Assembly: GCA_004431415.1 (NCBI GenBank)
Contig: QPMI01000416.1
Coordinates: 1 to 64,000 of the forward strand
Length of the DNA: 64,000 bases
Direction of reading: 5' to 3'
Source: Cyanophora paradoxa CCMP329
Lineage: Eukaryota > Plantae > Glaucophyta
Below are positions 38,901-50,570 of the stretch, piece by piece (within the stretch, counting starts at the first letter, position 1; the number at the start of each line of letters is the position of its first letter). The position numbers were made by a program, and so were the translations under genes. A model generated the notes under the pieces. That model did not search any database. It had not been told where the DNA came from and saw only the letters and a program-made list of their open reading frames with translations.

Positions 38901-39584
38901 CAGCTCGTATTCCTTACCCCTCTTGTGCTGCGGGGGAGGGGGTACAGTGAGCGAAGGGGATGCGAGGGTCGCACGGCTGGCTCCCGGGGCGCGGGCGGGG
39001 GCGCGGGCGCGGGCGCGCCTTGTTCCGGAAGACCTCTGATGGCGCGGCCGGCGCGTGAGCGAATGTGGGGGGAGGAAGAGCGGGAGGGGTACCGGCGATC
39101 TTGCGGGCGTCCTGCACGACCTCGTCGTCCAGAGTCGTGTAGTCGGCGGGGCACCACATGGCGAGGACGCGGCGCTGGACGTCGGGGCTGGAGGCGACGA
39201 ACGCGCTCAGGCGACCCAGCTCCATGTCGAGCGTCTCCCGCGGCCGGCCCTGTCGCCCGCCCGCCCGCGGCGTCGGCCGCGGCCGCGGCCAGCAGCTCCT
39301 GTACGCGCGGGCGGCGCCGGCGCACCTCGCTCTGGGAGAGCGCGGCCATCGCAGCCTGTGACAGCGAACTCGGAACGTCCCTCGCAATGATCAGCGGGCG
39401 CTCGGACAGGACCTGCGGGTGGCTCAGCTGGCAGGCGGGAGCGCGTTCGAGGCCGGTACAGCGGGGCGCGCGCCAGCTCTCCACGGGCCAGCGCCCGCTT
39501 CGCGAATGCAGCCTCGCCATACTCCTCCGTGGCGCGCACGTCCACGGCGTCCGCTTTCGCGTTCGAGAACCGGGTCGAAGCCAT
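35957..39584 (-). CDS. SMYD-like SET-domain lysine methyltransferase (multi-exon)
   Basis: YGEAAFAKRALARGE-VLSERPL, GLFELGAKLAHSCE-PN, RALRPIAEGEMLTASY, post-SET FTCRCPRC, WACGACG. Confidence 0.9.
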
Positions 39585-39732
39585 CGCGCCCGCGTCTCGA
39601 TGCGGTGAGGCCGCGAGCTTTAGCTAGGGGAACCGCGCCTGGTACCGCCCGCTTCGCGCAAGTCCGACCCGGCTCGCGGGGGGTACGCTTCGGATCAGGC
39701 GCCAAGAGTCGAGCAGCAGATCGGCCGGAGCC

Positions 39733-41141
39733 ATGAAGAAGCTCATCAACGATCCGCTCAATGTCGTCGAGAACATGCTGGATGGACTCGTCTCGTGCAC
39801 GGTGCGGCCTGCGCTCGCAGCGCTCAAACGCGTGAACCAAGCGCTGACTCCGAGTACGTCAGCCGACGCTGGCCCGCCTGCAAGGATTCTCGGTGGTCGT
39901 TCGTTCGGACTACCTCGCCGCCCGTGACGCGCGCGTCGCCCTCATCTCGGGCGGCGGTAGCGGCCACGAACCGAGCCACGCAGGCAAGGCGGCGCCGGAC
40001 GGACGTGTCGTGCCATGCCAACTCATGCTCGCGCAGGCTTCGTCGGACGCGGCGCCCTGAGCGCCGCGGTGCTCGGCAATGTCTTCACCAGCCCGGACGT
40101 CGACACGATCTACGCAGCCATCCGAGCGGTGACGGGCCCGATGGGCTGCCTCCTCATCGGTGCGGCCGCGCCGCGCGCGCGTCTGCGGCTCGGCCCGTCC
40201 GGACCAGACGCGAAGCCGACCCGACACGCAGTGAAGAACTACACGGGGGACCGCCTGAACTTCGGCCTGGCTGCCGAGCTCGCGCGGGCGGACGGGCTCC
40301 AGGTCGAGGTCGTCTCGGTACGCGCGCGCCTGCGCGGCCGAGCGCGCCGCGCCTCACCGGCGCTTACGGCGCCGGCCTTCCCGCAGGTCGCCGACGACAC
40401 CGCGCTCGAGAACCCGGCGGTGGGCCAGCGCGGCATCGCGGGGACGGTCCTCGTCCACAAGATCGCCGGCGCGGCCGCCGAGGGCGGCGCGGACCTCGCG
40501 ACCGTCGCGAAAGTCGCGCGCGGCGTCGCGGAGAACGTCGCCTCCATGGGGTACCCTCCTTTCCCTCGTACTCGCCTCTCGAACTTATGATCACGCCCGG
40601 CCCAGCGTGGGCCTCTCCGGCTGCACGATCCCCGCCGTGGGCAAGCCCAACTTCACGCTCGCCGAGGACGAGGTGGAGATGGGCCTCGGCATCCACGGCG
40701 AGCCGGGCCGCGAGCGCCTCAAGGGCGGCATTCCCTCCGCCTCGGCCGTCGCCCAGCGGCTGCTGGACCGCGCCGCCTCCGTCCGCTACGGGTCGCCCGA
40801 GGGCCTGGCCGGCAGGCGGCTCGTCCTGCTCGTCAACAACCTGGGGGGTACCAGCATCATGGAGGCGCGTACCCCCCTCCGCTCCTCCCCCTGTTTTGAT
40901 CCGGTCCCTTCGTAAACTCTTCTAAGCTTTGCTTTATCCCTTTACGATTCCATTCTCGATCGCCGTTCTTGAACGTTCTTAGATTAAGATTCTATCCTTC
41001 GATCGCCGCACTGAGACTTCGCCCGGCAGCTGTTCGTGGTGGCGGGGGCGGCGAGGCGGCACCTGGAGGCCAAGGGCGCCGTCGTCGAGCGCTGCCTCGT
41101 CGGCTCCTTCATGACCGCCATGGAGGTGGGTGGCTGGCGCA

Positions 41142-41172
<31 letters not shown>

Positions 41173-42928
41173 ACCCCAAGCTTTGCATGACCGCCCATGA
41201 CCCCCCCACCCCCAAGCTTTGCATGACAGCTTTGCAAGCTTTGCTCTTTCAAGCTTCGCTAGAACCCCCTTAGAAGAAGCCTTAGAAGAAGAGAAGAAGA
41301 AGCCATAGCCTAAGGTGGCTTAGGGTCTGAGATAGCCATGGAGGTGAGATAGCCTAAGGTGGCTTAGGGTCTTAACTCTTTAAGTACCCCCCCCTCCCCC
41401 CCGGCCGTCTTCCTCGTTCTTCTACCTCCCCCCCTCCCCCTACCCCCGAGTCGCTCAGACGGCGCCCAGATGGCCGGCGTGTCGCTCTCGTTCCTCGCCG
41501 TCGACGATGCGACTCTGGCGCGCATCGACGCGCCGACCGAGGCGAGCGCGGGCCCGGCCCGGCCCCTATCGCACTCTTCTAGATTTAGGCTGAGGCGAGA
41601 ACTCCCGCGCAGGCCCCCGCGTGGCCGCGGGTCGCCCCGTTCTCTGTCGCCGCGCACCGGCCGGAGGCGCGGCCCCCGCACCTCGCCCAGCCGGCGGCGG
41701 CCGACGCCCTCGCCCCTCCGCGCCCGCTCGGCCCCGTCGGTGAGCCGCCGCCTCAGGCCGCCCGCCCGCCTTCTGTTCTTTCTAATCTTTCTCCGCTCAG
41801 GGCTGCTCCTGGCGCGCTGCATCGGGAAGGTCTGCGGCGCCGCCCTCGAGGCGACCGAGTCCCTCAACGCGCTGGACGCCGCCGTCGGAGACGGCGACAT
41901 GGTACCCCCACTTATTCACCCCCCCCCTCCTCCGCCGGGGTACGGGGCTCGCATAACGTTCCGGGGGGCGGGGGTACAGGGCATGAACATCCGCAATGGC
42001 GCCGAGGCAGTCATGCGCTCCCTCCCCGGCCCCGACGGCCACCCCCGCGTCAGTACCCCCCTCCATTTCGCCCCCCCCCCACCCCACCTCTTTCGACTCA
42101 CCCCTTTCTGTCCACAGGAGCGGCGCGCGAGCGACGCGGAGGCGAAACCCCCTGGCCGCTCCGCCTCGCCGGCGCGGCGGCCCTCCGTCTCCGCTGTAGC
42201 CCCCCTCCCCGCCGACGACCCCGTCAAGTAGGCGTACCCCCCCTTGCTTCGGGATGCCCTTCCGACCTCCGCAACTTCGTTCGCAGGTGCATGGCCCATG
42301 TCGCCGGGCTGCTGCGGCACAGCGTGGGGGGTACATCCGGCCCCCTCTACGCCGTTTTCTTCCTCCGCCTCTCGTCGGCCCTCGCGGCCGCCCAGCAGCG
42401 CGGCGCCTCCGCCCTTGACCCCCACGCCTGGGCCGAGGTCCGTCCAGTTACAAGCGGCTATTTTTAGCCGCGGCTCACCTGAGCCGCTTCGTTCGCAGGC
42501 CTTCCGGGCGGGCGTGGAGGGGGTCATGGCGCTAGGCGGCGCTTCGGCCGGCGACCGCACCGCAGTGGACGCCCTCCTGCCGGCCGCCGCGTGCGACCCT
42601 ACCCCCCGCGTTCTATTTATAGCCGAGCGAGCGACGGTGCAGCCCTTGATTTTATTTTCGCCGCAGGGCCCTTCAGGATGCTATCGCGCGGAAGGAGGGC
42701 GGCGGCGCGGCGCTCGCGGCGGCTGCGGCCGCCGCCGAGGCCGGGGCGGAGAAGACGAAGGGGATGGTACCCCGGCGGGGCCGGGCGAGCTACGTGGGGG
42801 CGCGGGCGGCGGGGCACGCCGACCCGGGGGCGGTGGCGGCGGGGGTACTGCTGCGCGCCCTCGCGGGGGCCGTGGAGAGCCACGGGCAGACGGAGACGTC
42901 CCGCTTCCTCTCACCCGGCATGCTCTAG
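39733..42928 (+). CDS. DAK1: Dihydroxyacetone kinase / triokinase (Dak1+Dak2 domains), multi-exon
   Basis: [88 protein letters not shown]. Stop TAG 42926-42928. Confidence 0.96.
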
Positions 42929-43669
42929 ATCAAATTCTAGGTCCAGCTAGAGCCGGGCCCGATTTCGTAATCGATATCGCAGTCGAAATCGCACATGTAC
43001 GTATATACATGCGATCAAACGTTAACTAGTAAAAGGTCGGCACGGAGCTATAGCTAGTTAACGTTATAAATAAGAGCGCTAGCCTCGCGGAATGGATGCC
43101 TCTATATATCTCATCTCCCATGATCATGAGCTCCTCTATATATAGCTAGATCTTTTGAGAGCTCGCTGAATTTGAATCCTCTAGCAAGCTCTAGCGCGAG
43201 GGGCCTACAGCTACAAATATGGGCAAGCTAAGGCCTACATATATATAGGGAAACTTCGAATTCACAAAATTGTTGTAAGATCGAGGAGAATATGCATGTT
43301 GACCGTTCGCGGTTGGGCCGAAATGCCCGACCCTTCGTGGTTGGGCCGAAATGCCCGACATCAAAACCGGGTTAAAGCTTAAGCTTGGGGCAGTCAACAG
43401 CGCCAACTTCGGATCGAAATTCACCCAGGTGCGCGACCGACGCGCCCAAGCGCTAGCGCCGCCGCCATCGCTTCGGGGCGCCTGAATTCGCGCGTGGCCG
43501 GTGCTCGCCCAGGCTCCGGATCCATTTCTCGCCGAAAGCTAGGTGCGAAGCCCTCGCTGCAAACTAAATTCCATCTTTCGTCGACGCCGCGCCCCCCGCG
43601 CGCCACGAACAGCGCGCGCATCGCCTCCTGACGTTCTTTCGCGCCTCGGCGCGCGCCGCAGCACGCGAA

Positions 43670-44066
43670 ATGTCGTCGAAGACCATCATCCTGCTCGTCG
43701 TTGCCGTCCTCGCGCTCCTGGGCCTCGCCCAAGTCGCCCAGGCCTTCCCGTGCACCTCCGCCAACGCCGTGCACTGCGACAACACTGACAACAAATGCTG
43801 CCGGCCGAGTGCGTACGACCTTTCGACGCGCAGCGCGCGCGCGAGATCGATCGATATCGTTATTAATATTGCGCTCGCATGCGCGCCTAGGCTTTAATTT
43901 CGCGCGTATGCGCATGCCCAGCTCGCGCGCGCTAACTTCATTTTTCGCAGATGAGAGCTGCTGCCAGGGCTTCGACAACTACGCGAACACGATCCTCTGC
44001 TGCAACGATGATACCGAGCAATGCAAGATTACTGGGAACGGGCGCCCCCGCTGTCAGTCACACTGA
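43670..44066 (+). CDS. Small secreted Cys-rich peptide, copy 1 (84 aa, 10 Cys)
   Basis: Signal peptide MSSKTIILLVVAVLALLGLAQVAQA. Phase-1 GT-AG intron 43809-43950 with a GCTAAC branch site. Mature region FPCTSANAVHCDNTDNKCCRPNESCCQGFDNYANTILCCNDDTEQCKITGNGRPRCQSH. Confidence 0.85.
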
Positions 44067-44734
44067 GTGATCATGATCAAGAGGGCCTTGAGCCCTGCTC
44101 TCTGACCGCCGTCCCGCGCGCGGCTGCGCTCGAGAGCTCGTCCAAATCCATCGCGCTCCCATCGCAATTGACGCCCCTTCGATAGGGATGTAAATACGTC
44201 GAGCTTCGTGATCACGTAGGGCGATTCCATTGCGAAATAACTATTAATACGATTTTTCACTGCTTTCGCACGTGCACCGCGGGCCATTTTCGTAAACGCG
44301 CGCTTGCGCAGAGGCACTCGCGCATGCATGGGCATCATTTGCACGGGCTGTTAACATTTGATTTGTGGGGAGGCAGCGCGAGGGCTCGAATTCGAATTAA
44401 TATTCAGCCTATCGATCGCAAGCTCTAGCTATATAGCTAGATCTAGAATTCTAAACGTCGGCGCCCGGCGCCGACATTAATTTGCATTTTCGCGTTGCAG
44501 AATTTTCGCATTAATTATATAATATTGCAGGAATTTGCAGCACATGCAGGCGCTTGTCGCTCTTTGCGTTCTTTAAATTTAAAGAACGCAAAGAGCGGCA
44601 AGCAATGCCATGCCATGATGATGAGGCGCGGCAAGTTAAACAATCATCGGATTCAACGGCCGCGGGCCACGCACGGAGCCTCGGAGTCAGCCTAGGGTCA
44701 AGCTCCATGAACTACGAACTCGCGAATGACGGCG

Positions 44735-44858
44735 CAGCCCATTTTTGCCGCAGGGTGCTTCAGGAGGCTACCGCGTGGAATTCGAAGGAGGGCGGCGGCG
44801 CGGCGCTCGCAGCGGGCTGCGGCCGCCGCCGATATGATCGAGGCGGGGGCGGAGAAGA
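44735..44858 (+). pseudogene. Degenerate duplicated fragment of the DAK last exon
   Basis: CTTCAGGAGGCTACCGCG..GAAGGAGGGCGGCGGCGCGGCGCTCGC..GGCCGCCGCCGA versus CTTCAGGATGCTATCGCGCGGAAGGAGGGCGGCGGCGCGGCGCTCGC..GGCCGCCGCCGA at 42671. Confidence 0.8.
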
Positions 44859-45264
44859 GTTAATTTTAGGGGAACTCTACAAAATTGTTTTAAGAGCTCG
44901 AGCTCGAGGGAAATATGCATGATGACCCTTCGTGGTTGGGCCGAAATGCCCGACATCAAAACCGGGTTGAAGCTTAAGCTTGGGGCACTCAACAGCGCCA
45001 ACTTCGGATCGAAATTCACCCAGGTGCGCGACCGAAGCGCCCAAGCGCTAGCGCCGCCGCCATCGCTTCGGGGCGCCTGAATTCGCGCGTGGCCGGTGCT
45101 CGCCCAGGCTCCGGATCCATTTCTCGCCGAAAGCTAGGTGCGAAGCCCTCGCTGCAAACTAAATTCCATCTTTCGTCGACGCCGCGCCCCCCGCGCGCCA
45201 CGAACAGCGCGCGCATCGCCTCCTGACGTTCTTTCGCGCCTCGGCGCGCGCCGCAGCACGCGAA

Positions 45265-45651
45265 ATGTCGTCGAAGACCATCATCCTGCTCGTCGTTGCC
45301 GTCCTCGCGCTCCTGGGCCTCGCCCAAGTCGCCCAGGCCTTCCCGTGCACCTCCGCCAACGCCGTGCACTGCGACGACACTGGAAGCAAATGCTGCCGGC
45401 CGAGTGCGTACGATTACGACCTTTCGACGCGCGGCGCGCGCGCGAGATCGATTGCGCTCGCATGCGCGCTTAGGCCTTATATTAATTTCTCGCGTACGCG
45501 CATGCCCAGCTCGCGCGTGCTAACTTCATTTTTCGCAGATGAGAGCTGCTGCCCGGGCTTCGACAACTACGCGAACACGATCCTCTGCTGCGGCCAGAAC
45601 GAGCAATGCAAGATTACTGGGAACGGGCGCCCCCGCTGTCAGTCACACTGA
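45265..45651 (+). CDS. Small secreted Cys-rich peptide, copy 2 (83 aa, 10 Cys)
   Basis: Same signal peptide; intron 45404-45538. Mature region FPCTSANAVHCDDTGSKCCRPNESCCPGFDNYANTILCCGQNEQCKITGNGRPRCQSH. Confidence 0.85.
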   Translation: MSSKTIILLVVAVLALLGLAQVAQAFPCTSANAVHCDDTGSKCCRPSAYDYDLSTRGARARSIALACALRPYINFSRTRMPSSRVLTSFFADESCCPGFDNYANTILCCGQNEQCKITGNGRPRCQSH

Positions 45652-47633
45652 GTGATCATACGAGGACCCAGGGCCTTGATCGCTGACCGCCGTCCCGCGC
45701 GCGGCCGCGCTCGCCCGAATCCATCGCGCTCCCATCGCAATTGACGCCCCTTCGATAGGGATGTAAATACGTCGAGCTTCTTGATCACCGTAGGGCGATT
45801 CCATTGCGAAATAATTATTCGATCTTTCACTGCTTTCGCACGTGCACCGCGGTCCATTTTCGTAAACGCGCGCTTGCGCAGAGGCACTCGCGCATGCATG
45901 GGCATCATTTGCACGGGCTTTTAACATTTGATTTGTGGGGAGGCAGCGCGAGGGCTCGAATTCGAATTAATATTCGGCCTATCGATCGCGAGCTCTAGAT
46001 CTAGGAAACGTCGGCATTCAACGGGCTAGCGCTGGCATTCGCATTTTCGCACCGCAGGATTTGCGCATTGCAGGAATTTGCGGCACAGCTGCAGCTGCAG
46101 GCGTTTTGTATCACACTGTGACAGCGCCGAGACAACGAGCTCTACTCGAGCCTAATTATAAGCTCTATCTCTAGATTTTGCTTTCAGCAGGTTTATATCT
46201 GGTCGATTTGGCTGGATAAAATAATGGAAAGCGATTGGCGAGAAACTGAAGCGTTTAATACTAGCTAGTATGCATCTTGATGCTACTAGGCTAGAATAAG
46301 GCTCAGTTTCGTGCGGATGCGGTACGAAATTTTCCTAGATGTATGGCCATACAAAAGCGACGAGGAAAAGGCCAGTTTCGCGGCAAGCTAGCCGAGCTAG
46401 CAGCGCGCCCGGCCGGCGTCTTATTGCCCCAGCGTTCGAGTCCCGGGAAGGGCAGTTGGGGGGAGCGGGGGGGCCTGGGCGGGCCTTGAGCTGCCTTCGG
46501 CTGAAGAGGGGGCCGGGGCGCAGCGACCCCCGAGGCCAACTTCTGCACGGCGAGACATTGGCGCGAAACCAAAACTTTCCCTGCTCTAGATTGCTCTAAA
46601 CTGCACTTCAGACGGGCTCAGTTTCGCGCCAATCGTTCGCTGTGCTCCGCTAGAATTTCGGCTGGACATGTATGGCGTTTGATTTAGCAGACCCACTGGG
46701 CCAGGCCCCGCATGCGCAGTATTCGAAAGATCAATTCTGTCGGGGGAGTGCTTTCATCTACCGCGTCGATTTTGCGCAGGTACCCGGTGTGACCGGTGCG
46801 ACGATGTGCGGGTGCGTGACGAGCCGCTGATCATGAGCAAGAAGTGCACATGCAAGCCCGCGGCCGCGAGAAGAAGAAGCGGAAACGACGCGGAAACGAT
46901 GTGCGGGGCCTGGGGGCGCAAGGGACGCCCGCGGCTGGGGGCGCCGCGGGCTTATAAATTACACATTTCGGAATTGAAACGCTGCGCGAACGAATTCGAA
47001 GACTGAGACTGCGGCTGCAAGTCCGACGGTCAAGTGGCGCGCGCGGCGCCGGCGATTTTGCAAGCAATTCAACCGCGCGGGTCCCGGATCCCCTACCGCA
47101 GTACGAGTACCACCGTGGTACAACATATCGAAATTTATCCGCGCACTTTCATGGCGCGCTGCAAGAGCTACAGCCTACAGCTGCATGCAGGCTGATGATG
47201 ATGCAGCTGCGGTTGCACCGCCGGCGCCTGATCTAAGCTTAAGTTGGAGAACACATACACGATCCAGATCTAGAATTATTCTTGAGCCTTACTGAGTCAG
47301 GCCTTCCGAGGGCTCATGGTCAGGCTCTGATGTCAGGAGAAGTTTTAATTAGAACCTCTGCCGCAGTGCTGCAGACTGCATGCATATGTATGCGACTGCA
47401 GCCTGGCAGATCAGAAATTCAGAATCGGTAATATTTTCAGTGCAGAATCACTGCAGATCTAGAATATAGATCAGCATGAAGGCAAAGCTCCGCGAACTCG
47501 CGAACCTCGGAAGAGTCGGAACAAGCAAGAGTTCCGAAGTTCAAGCTAGCGCTTCGCGAATTCGAACAAGCGTTATCTTCTCAAAAAAAGCGATCACCGG
47601 CCTAGCCGGCGGAGCTAGGCTAGCAGGCGAGCC

Positions 47634-47932
47634 CACACATAGACAATGCCCGCGTTTTATCCCTCGGCTAAGTTTAATTATAATTTGTTTATATTTTACC
47701 TATATTTCTTGCATATTTAACGTTAATTTATGTGTATTTTATCCTTTATTCTTGTCTTTTATGTGCGTATTTTATATATAATCCTAATCAAACCCTTACT
47801 GAAACTTAATTTAGTCGTATCTCCGATGTATTTTACCTCTATCTCTCGTAATCACTTGTATTTGAGGTGGATTTTAAACTTAGATAAATTATATCACGCC
47901 TCCTGATAAAACGCGGGCATTGTCTATGTGTG
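47634..47932. repeat. Terminal fold-back: perfect 28-bp inverted repeat enclosing an AT-rich core
   Basis: CACACATAGACAATGCCCGCGTTTTATC (47634-47661) / GATAAAACGCGGGCATTGTCTATGTGTG (47905-47932), with nested CTAAGTTTAA (47668) / TTAAACTTAG (47874). Confidence 0.9.
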
Positions 47933-48242
47933 ATATTACGCATTATCGTGTATAATGATATTGAAATAATATGTGTATGCATTATATGTAAAATATGTAT
48001 TAATGATCGTAATAAATATGTATAAAATATGTGTGAAATTCTAACGGAATTCCGTCGAAAAATAATAAAATGTTCTTTTGGATATAATGCGATGATGATA
48101 TGGAGCGTATATGGTGCCGCATTAGAACGTAAACAACTACAATGTGCTGTATGGAGCGCGGGACGTGTAATATAATAATGATAACATAGTATTCTTTATG
48201 ATAATTGATATATCTTATGTTATTATAATGGTATTTTCTATG

Positions 48243-49128
48243 TGTAACAGGTGTAACAGGTTTATCCCAAATTGGGCTACTAGGAGGGGGTCATGGATTC
48301 CCGAGTTTGGGGAGAACCTGTTACACCCGTTACAACGTAAACAACTACAATGTGCTGCATGGAACGCGGGATGTATAATACAACAAGGTTAATATATGAT
48401 ACTTGATGATACTTTATGATTATTTATGACTGATATTATGTTATTTTAATGGGTTCTTACTGATAATGGTTAGTGTTACAGGTGTTACAGGTTTATCCCA
48501 AAGTCCGCCCTAGGAGTGGGGTCTTGGTTCCCGAGTTTGGGCAAGACCTGTAACACCTGTAACAACGTAAACAATTATCGTGTGCTGCATGAAACATTTC
48601 GCGCGCATCGAGAGTATGTGATAGTGAATATTTTCGCACTGAAAACGATATGAAATTGATCGTTATAATACAAAAAGAATTACTAATGATATTACTATGA
48701 TATATTAAGACTGATATTTTGTTGTTTTTATAGGTTCTTACTGAAATAGGTCAGTGTTACAGGTGTTACAGGTTCATCCCAAACTCGGCTACTAGGAGGG
48801 GTGGGGGATAGGAAACTTTGGGATAGACCTGTAACACCTGTAACAACGTAAACAATTATCGTGTGCTGCATAAAACATTTCGCGCGCATCGAAAATATGT
48901 GATAGTGAATAGTTTCGCACTGAAAAACGATACGAAATTGATCGTTATAATACAAAAAATAATTACTACTGATATTATTATGATATACTAAGACTGATAT
49001 TTTGTTGTTTTAATAGGTTCTTACTGAATTAGGTCAGTGTTACAGGTGTTACAGGTTCATCCCAAACTTTGCCCTAGGAGGGGGTGGGGGATAGGAAACT
49101 TTGGGATAGACCTGTAACACCTGTAACA
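48243..49128. repeat. Four tandem ~90-bp iteron palindromes (family A), period 231-283 bp
   Basis: (TGTTACAGG)x2..CCCAAA-loop(CTAGGAG)-TTTGGG..(CCTGTAACA)x2 at 48243-48334, 48474-48564, 48755-48845 and 49038-49128. Confidence 0.95.
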
Positions 49129-49188
49129 CCTTACTGATTAGCACGTAAATGCATGAGTTTCGCATCGAGATCGTGCGGCTACACATAG

Positions 49189-49875
49189 AAACTACGCAAT
49201 TTACCGCAACTACTCAAAGAAACTACGCAATTTAATACCGGGAACTACTGAAAAGATACCAAAACTACGCAACTACGCAACTTTCAGAAAAAGTTTGAAA
49301 CTCGGGGCGGGAAAAATTTAGAAAAGTGAAAAACTTGCGTAGTTGCGTAGTTTTGGTTTCGTTTGCGTAGTTTTGGTTTCGAATTGCGTAGTTTTTCAGG
49401 GAAGTTGAGTAGTTTCAAGTAGTTTATATATTATAAAGTAGTTTCTTATTAATATCAATATGATTCTATGATATATACCATGATTTCTCTACTGAAAAGA
49501 GCGCCGGCATACTACAAGGAAGCTACGCGATAGTTTCGCACTGAAACACGACCGTTTTATAGGCTACGCAATAGTCTCGCACCTAAATGCATGCGGACTC
49601 CCGGTAGACTACGCAATTTAACGTAACTACGCATGAAAACTACGCAATCTGATCGCTTTTAATACCGAAAACTACACATTTAATACCAAAACTACGCAAC
49701 TACGCAACTTTCTGAAAAAGTTTAGAAGTTGGCGGGGAAAAAAATTAGAAAAGTGAAAAACTTGCGTAGTTGCGTAGTTTTGGTATTAATGGCGTAGTTT
49801 CCGGTATTAAGTTGCGTAGTTTAACATAGGTAGTTGAGTAGTTTAAAGTAGTTTTTATTAATTATAAAGTAGTTT
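49189..49875. repeat. Two tandem modules (~427-bp period) of converging AACTACGC / GCGTAGTT iterons (family B)
   Basis: Multiple AACTACGCAA copies, a purine-rich spacer, then multiple TTGCGTAGTT copies, at ~49189-49443 and ~49607-49875. Confidence 0.92.
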
Positions 49876-50275
49876 ATTATTTATCTTATTGTTATCAGTC
49901 TGAGACTCTATGAAAATCGATTGACCTTAGTGTGAAACAGTGCGCCCCGCCCACTATGCAAGATACATGCAAACTACATGCGAGTTCTATGAAAACAATA
50001 ACGATTTAGTCATGCATATATTTCGTATATATGTCCGAACCTCTGTGTGAGTGATCCCGCACAACTTTGCATTTTTTGTTTTTTTTTGTTTTTTTCGCAT
50101 ATCACGACATATACATATATACACCGGCGTCACCGACATATTCGGGGTCATCACATCACGGCGATCCCGAAAACATATAGCATGCCACAAAGTAGTTTTT
50201 TATGTGTTTTTCGATCGATCGACCAATCGCGGATGTGAACCGACTGTTTTATTTTATTTAATTTATCATTCATGG

Positions 50276-50361
50276 GTGACAGGGGGGATACCGGTTAAGG
50301 TGACAGAACGTGACAGGGGGGATACCGGTTAAGGTGACAGAACGTGACAGGGGGGATACCG
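50276..50361. repeat. 34-bp direct repeat x2.5 carrying GTGACAG iterons (family C)
   Basis: GTGACAGGGGGGATACCGGTTAAGGTGACAGAAC at 50276, 50310 and partial at 50344. Confidence 0.9.
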
Positions 50362-50514
50362 TAAAGGTGGCATTTTGTGGACATTTGTGGACAGCGGGGC
50401 TACCGGGTTTGTGGTCATTTTGTGGACAAATTGCGAACAAAAATTTGAATGCATATATATGTGTATATGACTGACCAGCCGCTGAGCGACTGACCGGCTT
50501 GCAAGTTGCAATTT

Positions 50515-50570
50515 CCCGAGTTCCGAGTCCCGAGTCCCGAGTCCCGAGTCCCGAGTCCCGAGTCCCGACT
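50515..50570. repeat. (CCCGAGT)x8 heptamer tandem repeat
   Basis: Eight 7-bp units, two with single substitutions. Confidence 0.9.

Larger units (their letters stand above)
42640..46105. repeat. Tandem segmental duplication containing the peptide genes
   Basis: ~43329-44550 matches ~44923-46105 (offset ~1595). 44735-44858 matches the DAK last-exon region 42640-42756. Confidence 0.9.

Noticed and set aside
16916-46105. Host species assignment (gene style is reminiscent of a glaucophyte alga such as Cyanophora)
   Set aside because: Impression from GC content and intron density only. There is no marker gene in the window; a BLAST of DAK would be needed.
48243-49128. CRISPR-like repeat-spacer array in the viral end
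   Set aside because: The sequences between the palindromes are homologous to each other rather than unique, and unit lengths of 230-280 bp do not fit.
50515-50570. Telomeric repeat
   Set aside because: CCCGAGT does not match known telomere units, has only 8 copies and is internal to the element.
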